Source of the DNA: Candidatus Melainabacteria bacterium 17Bon1m
Lineage (GTDB): Bacteria > Cyanobacteriota > Vampirovibrionia > Obscuribacterales > Obscuribacteraceae
Reading direction: 5' to 3'
Length of the DNA: 64,000 nucleotides
NCBI GenBank assembly: GCA_032128875.1
Contig: JAVLKG010000002.1
Location: 544,001 to 608,000 of the forward strand
Made by a program: the position numbers and the translations under genes
The notes under the pieces: model-generated
Database searches by the model: none
Seen by the model: the letters and a program-made list of their open reading frames with translations, nothing else
What the model was told of the DNA's origin: nothing
Shown here: one piece after another, positions 39,231 through 48,888 of the stretch
Numbering within the stretch: the first letter of the stretch is position 1
Layout of the letters: every line of letters begins with the position of its first letter

Positions 39231-40616
39231 ATGTCCGGCTCCGTTTCAAACAACGGCTGCGCCAGTAAGGGCGGCGCCTTGACTGTGTATCTGGGTCATA
39301 TTGTTGACCCGATAGACGAAGACAACTATCGTGACATCCCTGAAGGCGCTTTGGTCGTTTCTTCAGATGGTCGGATTGAGGCTGTTGGCAACTGGTCCGA
39401 GCTTGAAAGCCAATATTCTGCAAATGCTGGAATCAATGCGCGAATACTTAATTGCGGGCAGAAGCTGATAATGCCGGGCATGATCGACATGCACATTCAT
39501 TTGCCGCAAGTAACGCAAATTGGCAAATCCGGAGACACTCTTCTCAGTTGGTTGGAGAAGTACATTTTTCCTGCTGAGTCGAGGTTTAGTGATCTTAGTT
39601 ATGCAGAAAAAATTGCCGCCTGGTTTTTTGATCAGTTAGCATGCAACGGCACCACGCTTGCCGTTGTCTTTGCCACTATTCATAAAGAAGCGACTGATGC
39701 CGCGTTTTCAATTGCGGCCGCTAAGGGCATGCGCGCCATCATGGGCAAAGTTATGATGGATAGAAACGCGCCTGCAGCCTTACTTGAGGACCGTAAAAAT
39801 TCCATCAGCGATTCGGAAAATCTAGCTGCTAAGTGGCATGGTCACGACGATGGCAGATTGCTTTATGCGTTCACGCCTCGCTTTGCAATCACGGCTACTG
39901 ATGAACTTTTAAAAGAATGCGGAAGGCTCTGGCAGAGCAATCCGGGTACTTACATGCACACCCATCTTTCGGAGTCTATCGAAGAAGTTAAAAAGGTATC
40001 TTCACTATTTCCGGACTCTAGAAGTTATCTGGATGTTTACGATCGTAGCGGATTATGCGGTTCTCGATCTATTTTTGCGCATTCCATTCATTTGGATGAT
40101 GAGAATTTGAACCTATTGCATAGAAAGAAATGCGCACTTGCTCATTGTCCTTCATCGAATTTCTTTCTCAAAAGCGGAATTTTTCCAATAGAAAGAGTCA
40201 AAGCGGCAGGTGTTCAATTCGGCTTGGGATCAGACGTTGCAGCCGGTCCGCAAATGTCGATATTCGGTGTGATGAAGGATGCTAACTTCATTCAGCCTCA
40301 GATTTGGATTTCACCTCGCGAACTTTTCTATAGAGCAACAAGAGGTGGAGCAAAAGCATTGCAGTTGGATGATCGGCTTGGTTCTCTCGAAGCCGGCAAA
40401 GATGCCGATTTCATAATCGTGGATCCAACATTGAAAAATGCGTGTCCGAGGGACATTCTCGAGCATGAAACCGACGATATCCTTTCGACGCTTGTTTTCT
40501 TGGGTGACGATAGAATGATCGACGCTACCTATATAAGGGGGCGACAGGTGTTTAAGAGAGAGGAAGAGGCGAACGAGAGTTCTGAACTACACAAAGTCAG
40601 GGGTGGCAAACAATGA
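39231..40616 (+). CDS. guaD: Guanine deaminase
   Basis: PGMIDMHIHLPQ, LLSWLEKYIFPAE, TPRFA, HTHLSE, HCPSSN and GSDVAAG motifs. Confidence 0.92.
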   Translation: MSGSVSNNGCASKGGALTVYLGHIVDPIDEDNYRDIPEGALVVSSDGRIEAVGNWSELESQYSANAGINARILNCGQKLIMPGMIDMHIHLPQVTQIGKSGDTLLSWLEKYIFPAESRFSDLSYAEKIAAWFFDQLACNGTTLAVVFATIHKEATDAAFSIAAAKGMRAIMGKVMMDRNAPAALLEDRKNSISDSENLAAKWHGHDDGRLLYAFTPRFAITATDELLKECGRLWQSNPGTYMHTHLSESIEEVKKVSSLFPDSRSYLDVYDRSGLCGSRSIFAHSIHLDDENLNLLHRKKCALAHCPSSNFFLKSGIFPIERVKAAGVQFGLGSDVAAGPQMSIFGVMKDANFIQPQIWISPRELFYRATRGGAKALQLDDRLGSLEAGKDADFIIVDPTLKNACPRDILEHETDDILSTLVFLGDDRMIDATYIRGRQVFKREEEANESSELHKVRGGKQ

Positions 40617-41170
40617 CTACGGAAACGGCAACGGCGGGAATCAAAGAAATCTATTCTGCCGAGACGATAAAAGCTCGTATTAAAGAGCTCGGTAAGGAAA
40701 TCAGCAACGACTTTCGCACTCTGGAAAAGCCAGTCGTAATTGGCGTAATGAAGGGCGCCTTTTGCTTTCTAGCCGATCTTGTCCGGGAGATAAACATCGA
40801 ATCGCCTCTGCAAATTGAGTTTGTGCGGCTCTCCAGCTATGGTTCCGGCACGGAAAGCTCAGGAAATGTCCAGGCTCCTTATCTCGATTTGCCGAACATC
40901 AAGCGCCGCCACATCATCGTAGTCGAGGACATTATTGACTCAGGGCGGACTGCAAAGTTCTTTCTCGAGTATTTACGCGACCAGTTTGACCCCGCGACCC
41001 TCAAGTTAGCCGCGTTTTTGGATAAGCCATCACGACGCGTAGTCCCCATTGAGCCGGACTATACGGGTTTCCGGATTGAAGACCTGTTTGTCGTGGGCTA
41101 TGGCCTCGATTATGCAGAGAATTATCGCGAACTCCCCTTTTTGGGGGAGATGGGAAATGGCGAAGCGTGA
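40613..41170 (+). CDS. hpt: Hypoxanthine(-guanine) phosphoribosyltransferase
   Basis: SSYG, VEDIIDSGRT, LDKP and FVVGYGLDY motifs; ATGA overlap with guaD. Confidence 0.95.
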   Translation: MTTETATAGIKEIYSAETIKARIKELGKEISNDFRTLEKPVVIGVMKGAFCFLADLVREINIESPLQIEFVRLSSYGSGTESSGNVQAPYLDLPNIKRRHIIVVEDIIDSGRTAKFFLEYLRDQFDPATLKLAAFLDKPSRRVVPIEPDYTGFRIEDLFVVGYGLDYAENYRELPFLGEMGNGEA

Positions 41171-41264
41171 GATACTGAAAGAGTCGGTAGCGTAGGCTTG
41201 CCTTAATTCGCCAGCCTGTTATTCTCTTAAACAGGGATTGTGCCGACTTTAAGGAGTCACGGCC

Positions 41265-41723
41265 GTGGATTCGACCGAAAAAACTGTCGATAAGAAGAGC
41301 GAAAGCCCTATGTGGGACAAAGCTGCGTCCTTGCTCATGGTGACGGCGGCTGCTTTATTGATTGGCAATGTAGCGGTTCTCTGGCTGGCTAGTGCCTATA
41401 ACGAAAAGGCTTGTCTGGCTGCAGTCTACGAGGCCGGCAAGGCTTGTCTGGCCGGTCACGATCAAAGACGCATAATGCGCGCTGCCTACCTGGGATTGTC
41501 GCAGTCCCCAAATGGACTGTTCTTTATAGAGCACCCCCACTTCACTGAATATCATTGTGAAGAGGTTCAAGGCGGCAAAAAGCTGACCATCCAAACATCC
41601 ACATTTGTAAGATTGCCGGCTCCCATGCTTGTAGTCATGTCAAAAGACAATATTTCGGATGACGGACGCCTGGCAATTCACAAACGCTATCAACTCGACA
41701 TTCCAGACAGCGCACAAAACTAG
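41265..41723 (+). CDS. Hypothetical protein with N-terminal TM; possibly TadE/pseudopilin-like
   Basis: AAGGAG RBS, single TM followed by the helix NEKACLAAVYEAGKA and beta-rich C-terminus ending VRLPAP. Confidence 0.55.
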   Translation: MDSTEKTVDKKSESPMWDKAASLLMVTAAALLIGNVAVLWLASAYNEKACLAAVYEAGKACLAGHDQRRIMRAAYLGLSQSPNGLFFIEHPHFTEYHCEEVQGGKKLTIQTSTFVRLPAPMLVVMSKDNISDDGRLAIHKRYQLDIPDSAQN

Positions 41724-41779
41724 AATTTGTTAGAGAGCTTCTAGAAATCCACTTCAGACTTTTCAGGTCTTTGCGTTCT

Positions 41780-42199
41780 CTATGGTCTTGGTTTTTTGCT
41801 TTTCTTTTTGCAGTTAGCAGACTGCAGGATTACTTTGGTCTTGCCGTACTGAAATGAGCTGGAATATCCATCAATCCAGAATTCTATTGTTTTGATATTG
41901 TCGGAAGTGACACTTGGGTTCAAGCTTTTATTCAAGTCATTTCTATTTAGTGAAAGTGTTTTACCAAAGGCATTTGCTTTCACTTCTGCCACCTCAATTG
42001 GTTGAGGCCGTTTAGTATATTCGTCTCCCTTCATGTAAACACCGCAAGCCAGTCGCTGAATAACCCCCTTGCTTGCAAGACGGGACAAAGCAACGTCAAT
42101 TGTTTTTCTCTTGCCACAATCTAGTATCTCTGTGATGGTAAACATCTTGCCATCGTTCAGAGAATTTATAAATCGACGCAGGCGCGCTGCAGTGCTCAT
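41780..42199 (-). CDS. DUF6088 / AbiEi N-terminal-like winged-helix protein (orphan)
   Basis: GKMFTITEIL..GKRKTIDVALSRLASKGVIQRLACGVY is an AbiEi-type wHTH pattern. AGAGG RBS before ATG 42199. Confidence 0.7.
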   Translation of the reverse strand: MSTAARLRRFINSLNDGKMFTITEILDCGKRKTIDVALSRLASKGVIQRLACGVYMKGDEYTKRPQPIEVAEVKANAFGKTLSLNRNDLNKSLNPSVTSDNIKTIEFWIDGYSSSFQYGKTKVILQSANCKKKSKKPRP

Positions 42200-42313
42200 T
42201 GTCCAACCTCTTCTAAACAGTCTCAATATAAGAGACGAGTTTCGCCTGCAAAAAGTTCAATACTCATAAATTCCATTTTTCCATCGACCATCGGTTGAAA
42301 TGCGTCTTTTAAA

Positions 42314-42483
42314 ATGGAAGACTTTTCAGATTTTTCTTCCATAAATCAAGTTCGCAAAGCCCCATATGAGTAGGCTTTGTGAAACTCGTCCAAAGTTGGA
42401 ATTTGATTGTGATGTTTGGAGCGTTCAGAAACAGGCATTCTTCGATTTGAGATTATGGAAGATTTTTCTAGATTTTTCTTCCA
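42314..42483. promoter_or_regulatory. Two copies of a ~29-bp palindromic element upstream of the DUF6088-like gene
   Basis: ATGGAAGA-cttttcagatttt-TCTTCCAT at 42314-42342 and ATGGAAGA-tttttctagatttt-TCTTCCA at 42455-42483. Confidence 0.55.
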
Positions 42484-42521
42484 CATCTGAAATGCCAAAA
42501 TGAAGTGGTGTCAGCAAGAAT

Positions 42522-42554
42522 AAAGGGCCACCACTGGCGGTGATGGCTCCTTTT
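42522..42554 (-). terminator. Probable terminator downstream of the M16 pair
   Basis: Imperfect GC hairpin AAAGGGCCACCAC-TGGCG-GTGATGGCTCCTTT with A/T tracts on both sides. Confidence 0.45.
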
Positions 42555-42618
42555 GAATACTTGGCAGTTTGGTTCTGCAATATTGGTTTGCAATTCGGTT
42601 TTCGCTCAGACTTTGAGC

Positions 42619-44115
42619 TTAGCCGGGATTCTCCGACTTGGATTCGGTGCTTACTTTGCCTGAGACATCGTAGACATCAACCGGTCCAAAGATTTGCAGC
42701 TCGGGCTTGATCACTTTTGCGTCACCAACTACGGTGATTGCAATGTGCCCCAAATCAATGTGTTTTCTCGCGACGTTGCGTACATCATCTGCACTGACAG
42801 TCATAATCTTGTCTGTGTAGGTTTCAAGATAGTCACGTGGCAGATCATAGAGCTGACCTTCGAGCAGTCTTTGTGCAAGACCGCCTTGCGTTTCAAGACC
42901 CAGTTGGAATGAGCCTGTCAAATATTTCTTAGCTTCATTCAACTCTTTGTCAGAAACCTTCAGGTTTCTAATGCGCGAAAGCTCGTAGATAAATTCTTGA
43001 AGAGATGGCGCTGTCACTTCGGTTCTTACCGAAGCTTCCGCTCCGAATGAGCCGGGGTCTTTTCCTGCGGCAACGCCGGAATATGCACCATAAGTGAAGG
43101 ACTTAGCTTCTCTGAGGTTGAGGAATAATCTCGAGTTTGCTGCACCGCCAAGAATCTGGTTGGTTAGCACCATCGCGTAATAATCAGGGTCTGAGCGTTT
43201 AATGCCTATGTTTCCCAACTTTATGTTTGATTGGACTGAGCCAGGTCGGTCAACCAGGTAGATGCGTTGCTCAGTCCTCGTCGGTACAGCCTGTCCTTCG
43301 TTTTTAGCAATGTGACCAGGCTTCCATTGTTCGCTGAAGTCTTTGCTGATAAGCGGGCGGATCTTGGCGGAATCGAAATCGCCGATGATTACGATGGCTG
43401 ATTCATTCGGTAAGTAATTTGCTTTGTGAAAAGCTTCGAGATCTGCGCGCGTAATTGATTTTACGGATTCCGGTGTCGGCGCAATGCTTGAATAAGGATG
43501 CTCGCCGAAGATTACTTTGGCAAACCGCTCTTCCAGGAGGAAATCCGGATTGCTTCGCTTCATGGCCAACTCTTGAATAAGGTTGGTTTTCTTTAGATCG
43601 AATTCGGCTTGTGGGAAAGTCGGATTAAAGAGAATGTCTTCGAATACTGCAATCAGCCGATCTGTGTACTTAGAAAGTACGGAGCTGCTGACGATGGTGA
43701 AGTCGTTGTCGGCACCAGCCTTAAGACCACCACCAATGAAGTCGACTTCATCGGCTATCTGTTTGCTTGTTTTCTTTTTCGTGCCTTCCGTGAGCATATC
43801 GGCTGTCAAAGAGGCGACGCCTCTTTTCTTTACCGGGTCGAGCGAAGAGCCGATTTTTAGGCCGAGAGCTATTGTCACCAGTGGATAGCGATGGTCTTCA
43901 ACGAGCTGGACTGAAAGCCCATTGGCCAGTTTGAATGATTCAATTTTCGGCAAACGAAATGCACGTGGTGCAGGTGCCTCAGGTGGTTTCTTTCTCCATG
44001 CCTCGGAGGCTGCTGCTGTAGATGCAGCGGAAGAATCCTCTGCCCAGGCTGAGATGCATGGTGCCTGCATACTCATTGCGATGAGAAGACTGGTTGCTAA
44101 TGCTTTTACTCTCAT
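42619..44115 (-). CDS. M16 peptidase family, non-catalytic subunit (exported)
   Basis: Signal peptide, LANGL, no HxxEH (SLTADM instead), SRLFLNLRE..TYG. Confidence 0.88.
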   Translation of the reverse strand: MRVKALATSLLIAMSMQAPCISAWAEDSSAASTAAASEAWRKKPPEAPAPRAFRLPKIESFKLANGLSVQLVEDHRYPLVTIALGLKIGSSLDPVKKRGVASLTADMLTEGTKKKTSKQIADEVDFIGGGLKAGADNDFTIVSSSVLSKYTDRLIAVFEDILFNPTFPQAEFDLKKTNLIQELAMKRSNPDFLLEERFAKVIFGEHPYSSIAPTPESVKSITRADLEAFHKANYLPNESAIVIIGDFDSAKIRPLISKDFSEQWKPGHIAKNEGQAVPTRTEQRIYLVDRPGSVQSNIKLGNIGIKRSDPDYYAMVLTNQILGGAANSRLFLNLREAKSFTYGAYSGVAAGKDPGSFGAEASVRTEVTAPSLQEFIYELSRIRNLKVSDKELNEAKKYLTGSFQLGLETQGGLAQRLLEGQLYDLPRDYLETYTDKIMTVSADDVRNVARKHIDLGHIAITVVGDAKVIKPELQIFGPVDVYDVSGKVSTESKSENPG

Positions 44116-44189
44116 TACTCTCTCCTAGTTCGTCCTTAAAAGTAGCTTGTTCGAATTTTTGAATTCAGTTTTTCAATTCTTTCGACCGT

Positions 44190-45971
44190 CTACTTTTTGG
44201 ACTCCTCCAATTCTTTCTTCTCTGGTGGTGTCTTTCCTGCATCCGGTGCGGGAGTGTCTTTTGTGGCATCAGCACTTCCTGGAGTTGTTGCTTCGGTTTT
44301 TCCTGGAGTTGCTGACTCGACCTTTTCCGGAGCTGTCGTGTTTTTGTCAGGCTGCGGTGCACTGCCTGCCTCGGCATCGACCTTTGCAGGAGCGGGCTTT
44401 TCCTCCTTGCCTTCTTTGGGTTCGATGTCTACGACGCAGACTATGTCTTTGTTGAACATTGATTTGGCAACACGCTGAACATCTTTGGCAGACACGTTCA
44501 TATAGGCTTCGAGATCTTTGTCGATCAGTTTAGGATCGCCAAAGAATAGAGTGTATTCACCAAGATGTTCGGCTCTTCCAAGGCTGCGCTGCAATGAAGT
44601 ATGCGCGTTTGCAAACAGCGTTCGCAAAATCTGGTTCTTTGCTTTCTCCAGTTCTTCCGGAGCGACTGGTTTGTTCTTTAAATTGTCCAGTTCTTCGAAA
44701 AGCACCTGACGTGCGCGTTCGGGAGTATTGCCCGGCTTCAATACGACGAAAGCTTCGAAACCCGATGGTCCGCGACGTTCGTCATACCCAGCGTCAGCTT
44801 TGAGTGCGATTTTTTCGCCTTTCACCATTCGCTGATAAAGTCGTGATGATTCGCCGGCTGAGAGCAGTTTTTCTATAACTCCCAAAACATAATAGTCGGG
44901 CTCTCTTCTTCCTGGTGCGCGCCAACCGATCCAGAAAGCCGGCAGGTTTGCGTGTTTGTCTTCGACCTTTGCGTACTTGGATTTGGTCATTGGACCTTCC
45001 GCTACATCCGGCTTGGGAGGAGCCTCTTGTCTTGGAATAGTGGCAAAGTATTTTTCGACTAGCGGCTTCATCTCGTTGCTGTTGAAGTCACCAACTACAA
45101 CAAGAACTGCATTGTTCGGCGCATAGTAGGTTTTGAAAAATGCACGCACATCATCGAGACTGGATTCTTCGAGATCTTTGAAGTAGCCGATCGTCGGGTG
45201 GCCGTTTACCCAGTTGTCGAAAAGCATCTCGTCAAACTTGATGGATGCAGGGACATAAGGTTGATTGTCGTAGTTGAGTCGTTTTTCTTCTTTGACTGTC
45301 TCCAACTGATTCTGGAAATTTTCCGGAGTCAGTTTTAGCGAGCGCATGCGGTCTGATTCCAACCACAATGCCAGCTCTGCTTGATTGCTCGGAAGCTTTT
45401 CGAAGTAGTTGGTGAAGTCCGGGTGGGTCGAACCGTTCAAGCTGCCGCCTGCGCTCTCCACGTACTTGAAGTGCTCGGTTTTGCCTACGTTTTCGGAACC
45501 CTCGAACATCATGTGCTCGAAAAGATGGGCAAATCCCGAGCGGCCTTTCTTCTCGTTGCGCGCACCGACATCATAAAGAATGGCGACTGCCACTACCGGC
45601 ACTGAATGGTCTTCTGAGAAAACAACGCGCAACCCGTTTTCCAATTTGAAATCAGCGCTTACCGGAATGAGAGGTTTTCTCAATTCCAAGCTCGCTTTGG
45701 TCGCTGTCTTTGTAGCGACTTTTGCTGCAATTCTTATCGCTTTGTTAGACCGCTTTGCGAGTCTTCTTGCACCTCTTGTGGTGCTACCTGGACGTTTGTT
45801 TGCCGCTGCCTTTGTTGCATGCGACTGAGATTTTGTTGCACTCTTTGCTAACGACGCCAACGTCGCTGATTGCCCACCTATTAATAGACTCAATCCGACC
45901 ATCACGGTGATACCTTTTTTCACCGGATTGAAGGGGGAGATATTAGCTATCTTCGTCATCATCAGCTCCAA
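44190..45971 (-). CDS. M16 zinc peptidase, catalytic subunit (exported)
   Basis: GFAHLFEHMMF (HxxEH), NGST, LESDRM, YYAPNNA; low-complexity termini. Start may be 45962 or 45959. Confidence 0.92.
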   Translation of the reverse strand: MELMMTKIANISPFNPVKKGITVMVGLSLLIGGQSATLASLAKSATKSQSHATKAAANKRPGSTTRGARRLAKRSNKAIRIAAKVATKTATKASLELRKPLIPVSADFKLENGLRVVFSEDHSVPVVAVAILYDVGARNEKKGRSGFAHLFEHMMFEGSENVGKTEHFKYVESAGGSLNGSTHPDFTNYFEKLPSNQAELALWLESDRMRSLKLTPENFQNQLETVKEEKRLNYDNQPYVPASIKFDEMLFDNWVNGHPTIGYFKDLEESSLDDVRAFFKTYYAPNNAVLVVVGDFNSNEMKPLVEKYFATIPRQEAPPKPDVAEGPMTKSKYAKVEDKHANLPAFWIGWRAPGRREPDYYVLGVIEKLLSAGESSRLYQRMVKGEKIALKADAGYDERRGPSGFEAFVVLKPGNTPERARQVLFEELDNLKNKPVAPEELEKAKNQILRTLFANAHTSLQRSLGRAEHLGEYTLFFGDPKLIDKDLEAYMNVSAKDVQRVAKSMFNKDIVCVVDIEPKEGKEEKPAPAKVDAEAGSAPQPDKNTTAPEKVESATPGKTEATTPGSADATKDTPAPDAGKTPPEKKELEESKK

Positions 45972-46134
45972 GCAAGACCGAAGTCCAAAAAATCGAAACT
46001 ACCAAAATGGAAAGTATTGCCGAACCCACGCAGACTTTATCCGGTAGCCCGTAACGCTTCATCATCAGATACGTCGCCGCGGACAGTATCAGTGCTAAAA
46101 CGGCTACCAGATGGTTGACTGTAAGTGTCGGCAT
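45943..46134 (-). CDS. Small 2-TM membrane protein
   Basis: 63 aa, two hydrophobic helices and an acidic tail; overlaps the start of the M16 gene. Confidence 0.5.
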   Translation of the reverse strand: MPTLTVNHLVAVLALILSAATYLMMKRYGLPDKVCVGSAILSILVVSIFWTSVLLGADDDEDS

Positions 46135-46179
46135 TCGCGAATACTTTTGCTACCACTTCCATTGAGCCTTGGATGAGGG

Positions 46180-46355
46180 GCGACCTCAGTTCCTGGCACA
46201 AGGGAAAAGCATAACAGGTACCAGCCTTCCAACCCTTAAAAGGGTCTGGATTGCAAAGTTTTCGCCGTAACGCGGTAAATGACGTCCTCTCGAACGCTTG
46301 TCCCGCTGCTCAGGTGGCTGCCTATGCTCTTGCCGCAGCTCCAGAGTCCCTGCAA
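46180..46355 (-). ncRNA. ssrS: Probable 6S RNA
   Basis: ~180-nt intergenic element with long end-to-end pairing (UCUGG/CCAGG, AGAGCAUA/UAUGCUUU, CAGCC/GGCUG; the G-U wobbles work only on the minus strand), a central bubble with side hairpin ACCCU-UUUA-AGGGU, and a CGGCGAAAAC segment resembling cyanobacterial 6S as I recall it. Ends approximate. Confidence 0.6.
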
Positions 46356-46364
46356 CTAGGCCGC

Positions 46365-47174
46365 TTAGATGCGAGCGTGCGAAAGAGTTTCCGCACACTT
46401 GCAGCCCTTTCTTTCCGGCTTGATCTCTTCAATAAGATTGACCAGAAGCGACTGGAGTTTGGTGATGTTTTCACCAAAAACTTTCACTACTTCGCTGTGC
46501 GAAACCGGCTCTACATCACCTACAAGACCGGAGTCGTAGTCTGTAATCAAAGCTATATTGACGACGCACAATTCAAGTTCGCGGGCCAGGTGCGCTTCAG
46601 GATACTGGGTCATATTGATTACTTCCCAACCCATTGAAGTAAACCATCTCGACTCCGCTTTGGTCGAAAACCGAGGACCCTGGATGACGACAACCGTTCC
46701 TTTTTCGTGCATGGTGATGCCGGCTTTGCGCCCGGCAGCAATTGCTTGCAGGCGAAGTTCAGGGCAATATGGATCAGCCGCAGATACGTGTGTGGCGATA
46801 GGACCGTCGTAAAAGGTGTCTATGCGACCGGAGGTGCGGTCTACATATTGATCGCTGACGACAAAGCTGCCCGGAGCCACATTTGTCTGTAGCGACCCGG
46901 CCGCGCAGGGCGAGATGATTCTCGTCACTCCCAGGGACTTCATCGCGTATAAATTGGCTCTGTAGTTGATTTTGTGTGGCGGGATCTGGTGACTGGCGCC
47001 GTGTCTTGGAAGAAATGCCACCTTCTTGCCTGCCATGGTGCCAATAACTAATTTGTCGGAGGGGGAGCCGTATGGGGTTTCAACGGCCCGCTCTTCGTAT
47101 TTATCGAAGAGTTTGTAGAAGCCAGAACCACCAAAAACGCCGATGTCTGCAACTTTTTCTTTTTTGTCGGTCAC
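46365..47174 (-). CDS. mtnP: S-methyl-5'-thioadenosine phosphorylase
   Basis: GGSGFY, TPYGSPS, LPRHG, NYRAN, GPRFSTKAES, NMT and TDYD motifs. Confidence 0.93.
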   Translation of the reverse strand: MTDKKEKVADIGVFGGSGFYKLFDKYEERAVETPYGSPSDKLVIGTMAGKKVAFLPRHGASHQIPPHKINYRANLYAMKSLGVTRIISPCAAGSLQTNVAPGSFVVSDQYVDRTSGRIDTFYDGPIATHVSAADPYCPELRLQAIAAGRKAGITMHEKGTVVVIQGPRFSTKAESRWFTSMGWEVINMTQYPEAHLARELELCVVNIALITDYDSGLVGDVEPVSHSEVVKVFGENITKLQSLLVNLIEEIKPERKGCKCAETLSHARI

Positions 47175-47471
47175 TTGAGTCTTTGCTCCAATCTCAAATC
47201 AGGGGAAACCACATGGCAAGTCGAATTTCAACAAGGTAGCCTATAGTATCACCCCCGAGTTGGGGGGCTGAAGCGACCAAAAACCCGCTGTAACGAGGCT
47301 GGAATCCGCCGTATATGTCTAAAAAATCGCGCTAGCGGGTATATAACCAGGACTGAATGTGCCCCTGGGCAAGGTTTTGCCGGAAAGGATAAAGTAAATT
47401 ACCGGCAATATCGCAGCAAACTAGACAGAAACAACGCACTCGCATTGCACATACCATCGGAAAGCAAAGTC

Positions 47472-48821
47472 ATGGAAACAGTACGGAAGCATCTATTTTT
47501 TTTCTCGTTATCCGCTTTAGTAACACTGATTGGCTCTTTTCCGTTTCTTCAAGCATCCGCCAACGAGAGACAATTAGTTGCCTATCCGTTTGACGCAACC
47601 AAGACACTTGGACGCGCAAAGGTTGATGATAAGGCGGATCCGGAGCAGATTTACTATAAAGTTTGGCGCCTGATCAAAGAAGATTACGTTGACGACCGAT
47701 TCAACGGACAGGATTGGGACATCTGGCGCCACCGCTACGACGGTAAGTTGAAGACGACCGACGACGCTCATAAAGCGATCGAAACAATGCTAGCCAGCCT
47801 TGGTGACCGATATACTCGTTTCCTCGATAACGATGCATTCGATGACGAGAATTCTCAGATTCATGCTGAGCTTTGCGGCATCGGCATTCAGATCGGTTTG
47901 GACAAAGTGCAGAACATCATAATCATCGCCCCGATTGAAGACACTCCGGCTCAGAAGGCCGGTTTGCAGTCTTCCGATGAGATCGTCGAGATTGATGGAG
48001 TTTCAACCAAAGGATATTCAGTAGAAGAAGCCGCCAAGCATATTCGAGGCAATATCAACACCAAAGTAAATCTGACCATCATGCGCCACAAGCACCGCCT
48101 CAAAGTGGCAGTTGTACGCGCGAAAATTCCGATCAAAGCTGTTCAGACTGTCAAAATGCTTGACGGTGATATCGGCTATATCCGCTTGTCTAGCTTCATT
48201 TCACAGCAAGCAAACCGCGAAATGAGAGAGGCAATCACCAAGCTTACGCCTTCTAAAGCCTTGATTCTCGACCTTAGAGAAAATCCGGGTGGATTGCTCA
48301 CTAATGCTATCGAGATCGCAAACATGTTCCTTGATCACGGCAACATCGTTTCTACTGTCGATCGCGATGGATACAAAACCGCCCAAACGGCCGACGGAAA
48401 TCAGCTCTGCAAAAAACCGCTCTGCATCTTGATTAACAAAGGCAGTGCCTCTGCATCCGAGATCACATCCGGTGCGCTGAAAGATAATGGCAGAGCCATT
48501 CTTGTCGGACAGAGGTCGTTCGGAAAAGGGCTTGTACAGGGCATAAATCGTCTCGAGGACGGCAGTGGCGTCAATATCACTATCGCTAAATACCTGACTC
48601 CTGCTGATATCGACATCAACAAGAAAGGCATTACACCAGACCAGGTTGTAGAGCTTTCCGAAGATGACCTCAAGACAGGAAAAGGCTGCTGGTGGAATGA
48701 CCCCGAAGGACCGCAGGTTAAGAGACAACCGGAAGACTTCAAAGACAAGCAATTGAAGGCCGCTTTCGATCTTCTCAAAGTCAAGGTAAGCCAATCCGGA
48801 GCGGTTGCAATCGGCCACTAG
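47472..48821 (+). CDS. ctpA: S41 carboxyl-terminal processing protease with PDZ domain
   Basis: Signal peptide, LGDRYTRF, GIGIQI, DLRENPGG, SASASEI, FGKGLVQ. Confidence 0.92.
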   Translation: METVRKHLFFFSLSALVTLIGSFPFLQASANERQLVAYPFDATKTLGRAKVDDKADPEQIYYKVWRLIKEDYVDDRFNGQDWDIWRHRYDGKLKTTDDAHKAIETMLASLGDRYTRFLDNDAFDDENSQIHAELCGIGIQIGLDKVQNIIIIAPIEDTPAQKAGLQSSDEIVEIDGVSTKGYSVEEAAKHIRGNINTKVNLTIMRHKHRLKVAVVRAKIPIKAVQTVKMLDGDIGYIRLSSFISQQANREMREAITKLTPSKALILDLRENPGGLLTNAIEIANMFLDHGNIVSTVDRDGYKTAQTADGNQLCKKPLCILINKGSASASEITSGALKDNGRAILVGQRSFGKGLVQGINRLEDGSGVNITIAKYLTPADIDINKKGITPDQVVELSEDDLKTGKGCWWNDPEGPQVKRQPEDFKDKQLKAAFDLLKVKVSQSGAVAIGH

Positions 48822-48888
48822 GTAAAGCTTCTGCGCAACCACCCTTTAGTGTCTTTTCGTGGACCGAAATAGGTACTATAGTTGCGTA

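Noticed and set aside
46186-46398. 70-aa ORF (and the overlapping 128-aa plus-strand ORF) over the putative 6S RNA
   Set aside because: No protein features; the base-pairing pattern fits a structured RNA better.
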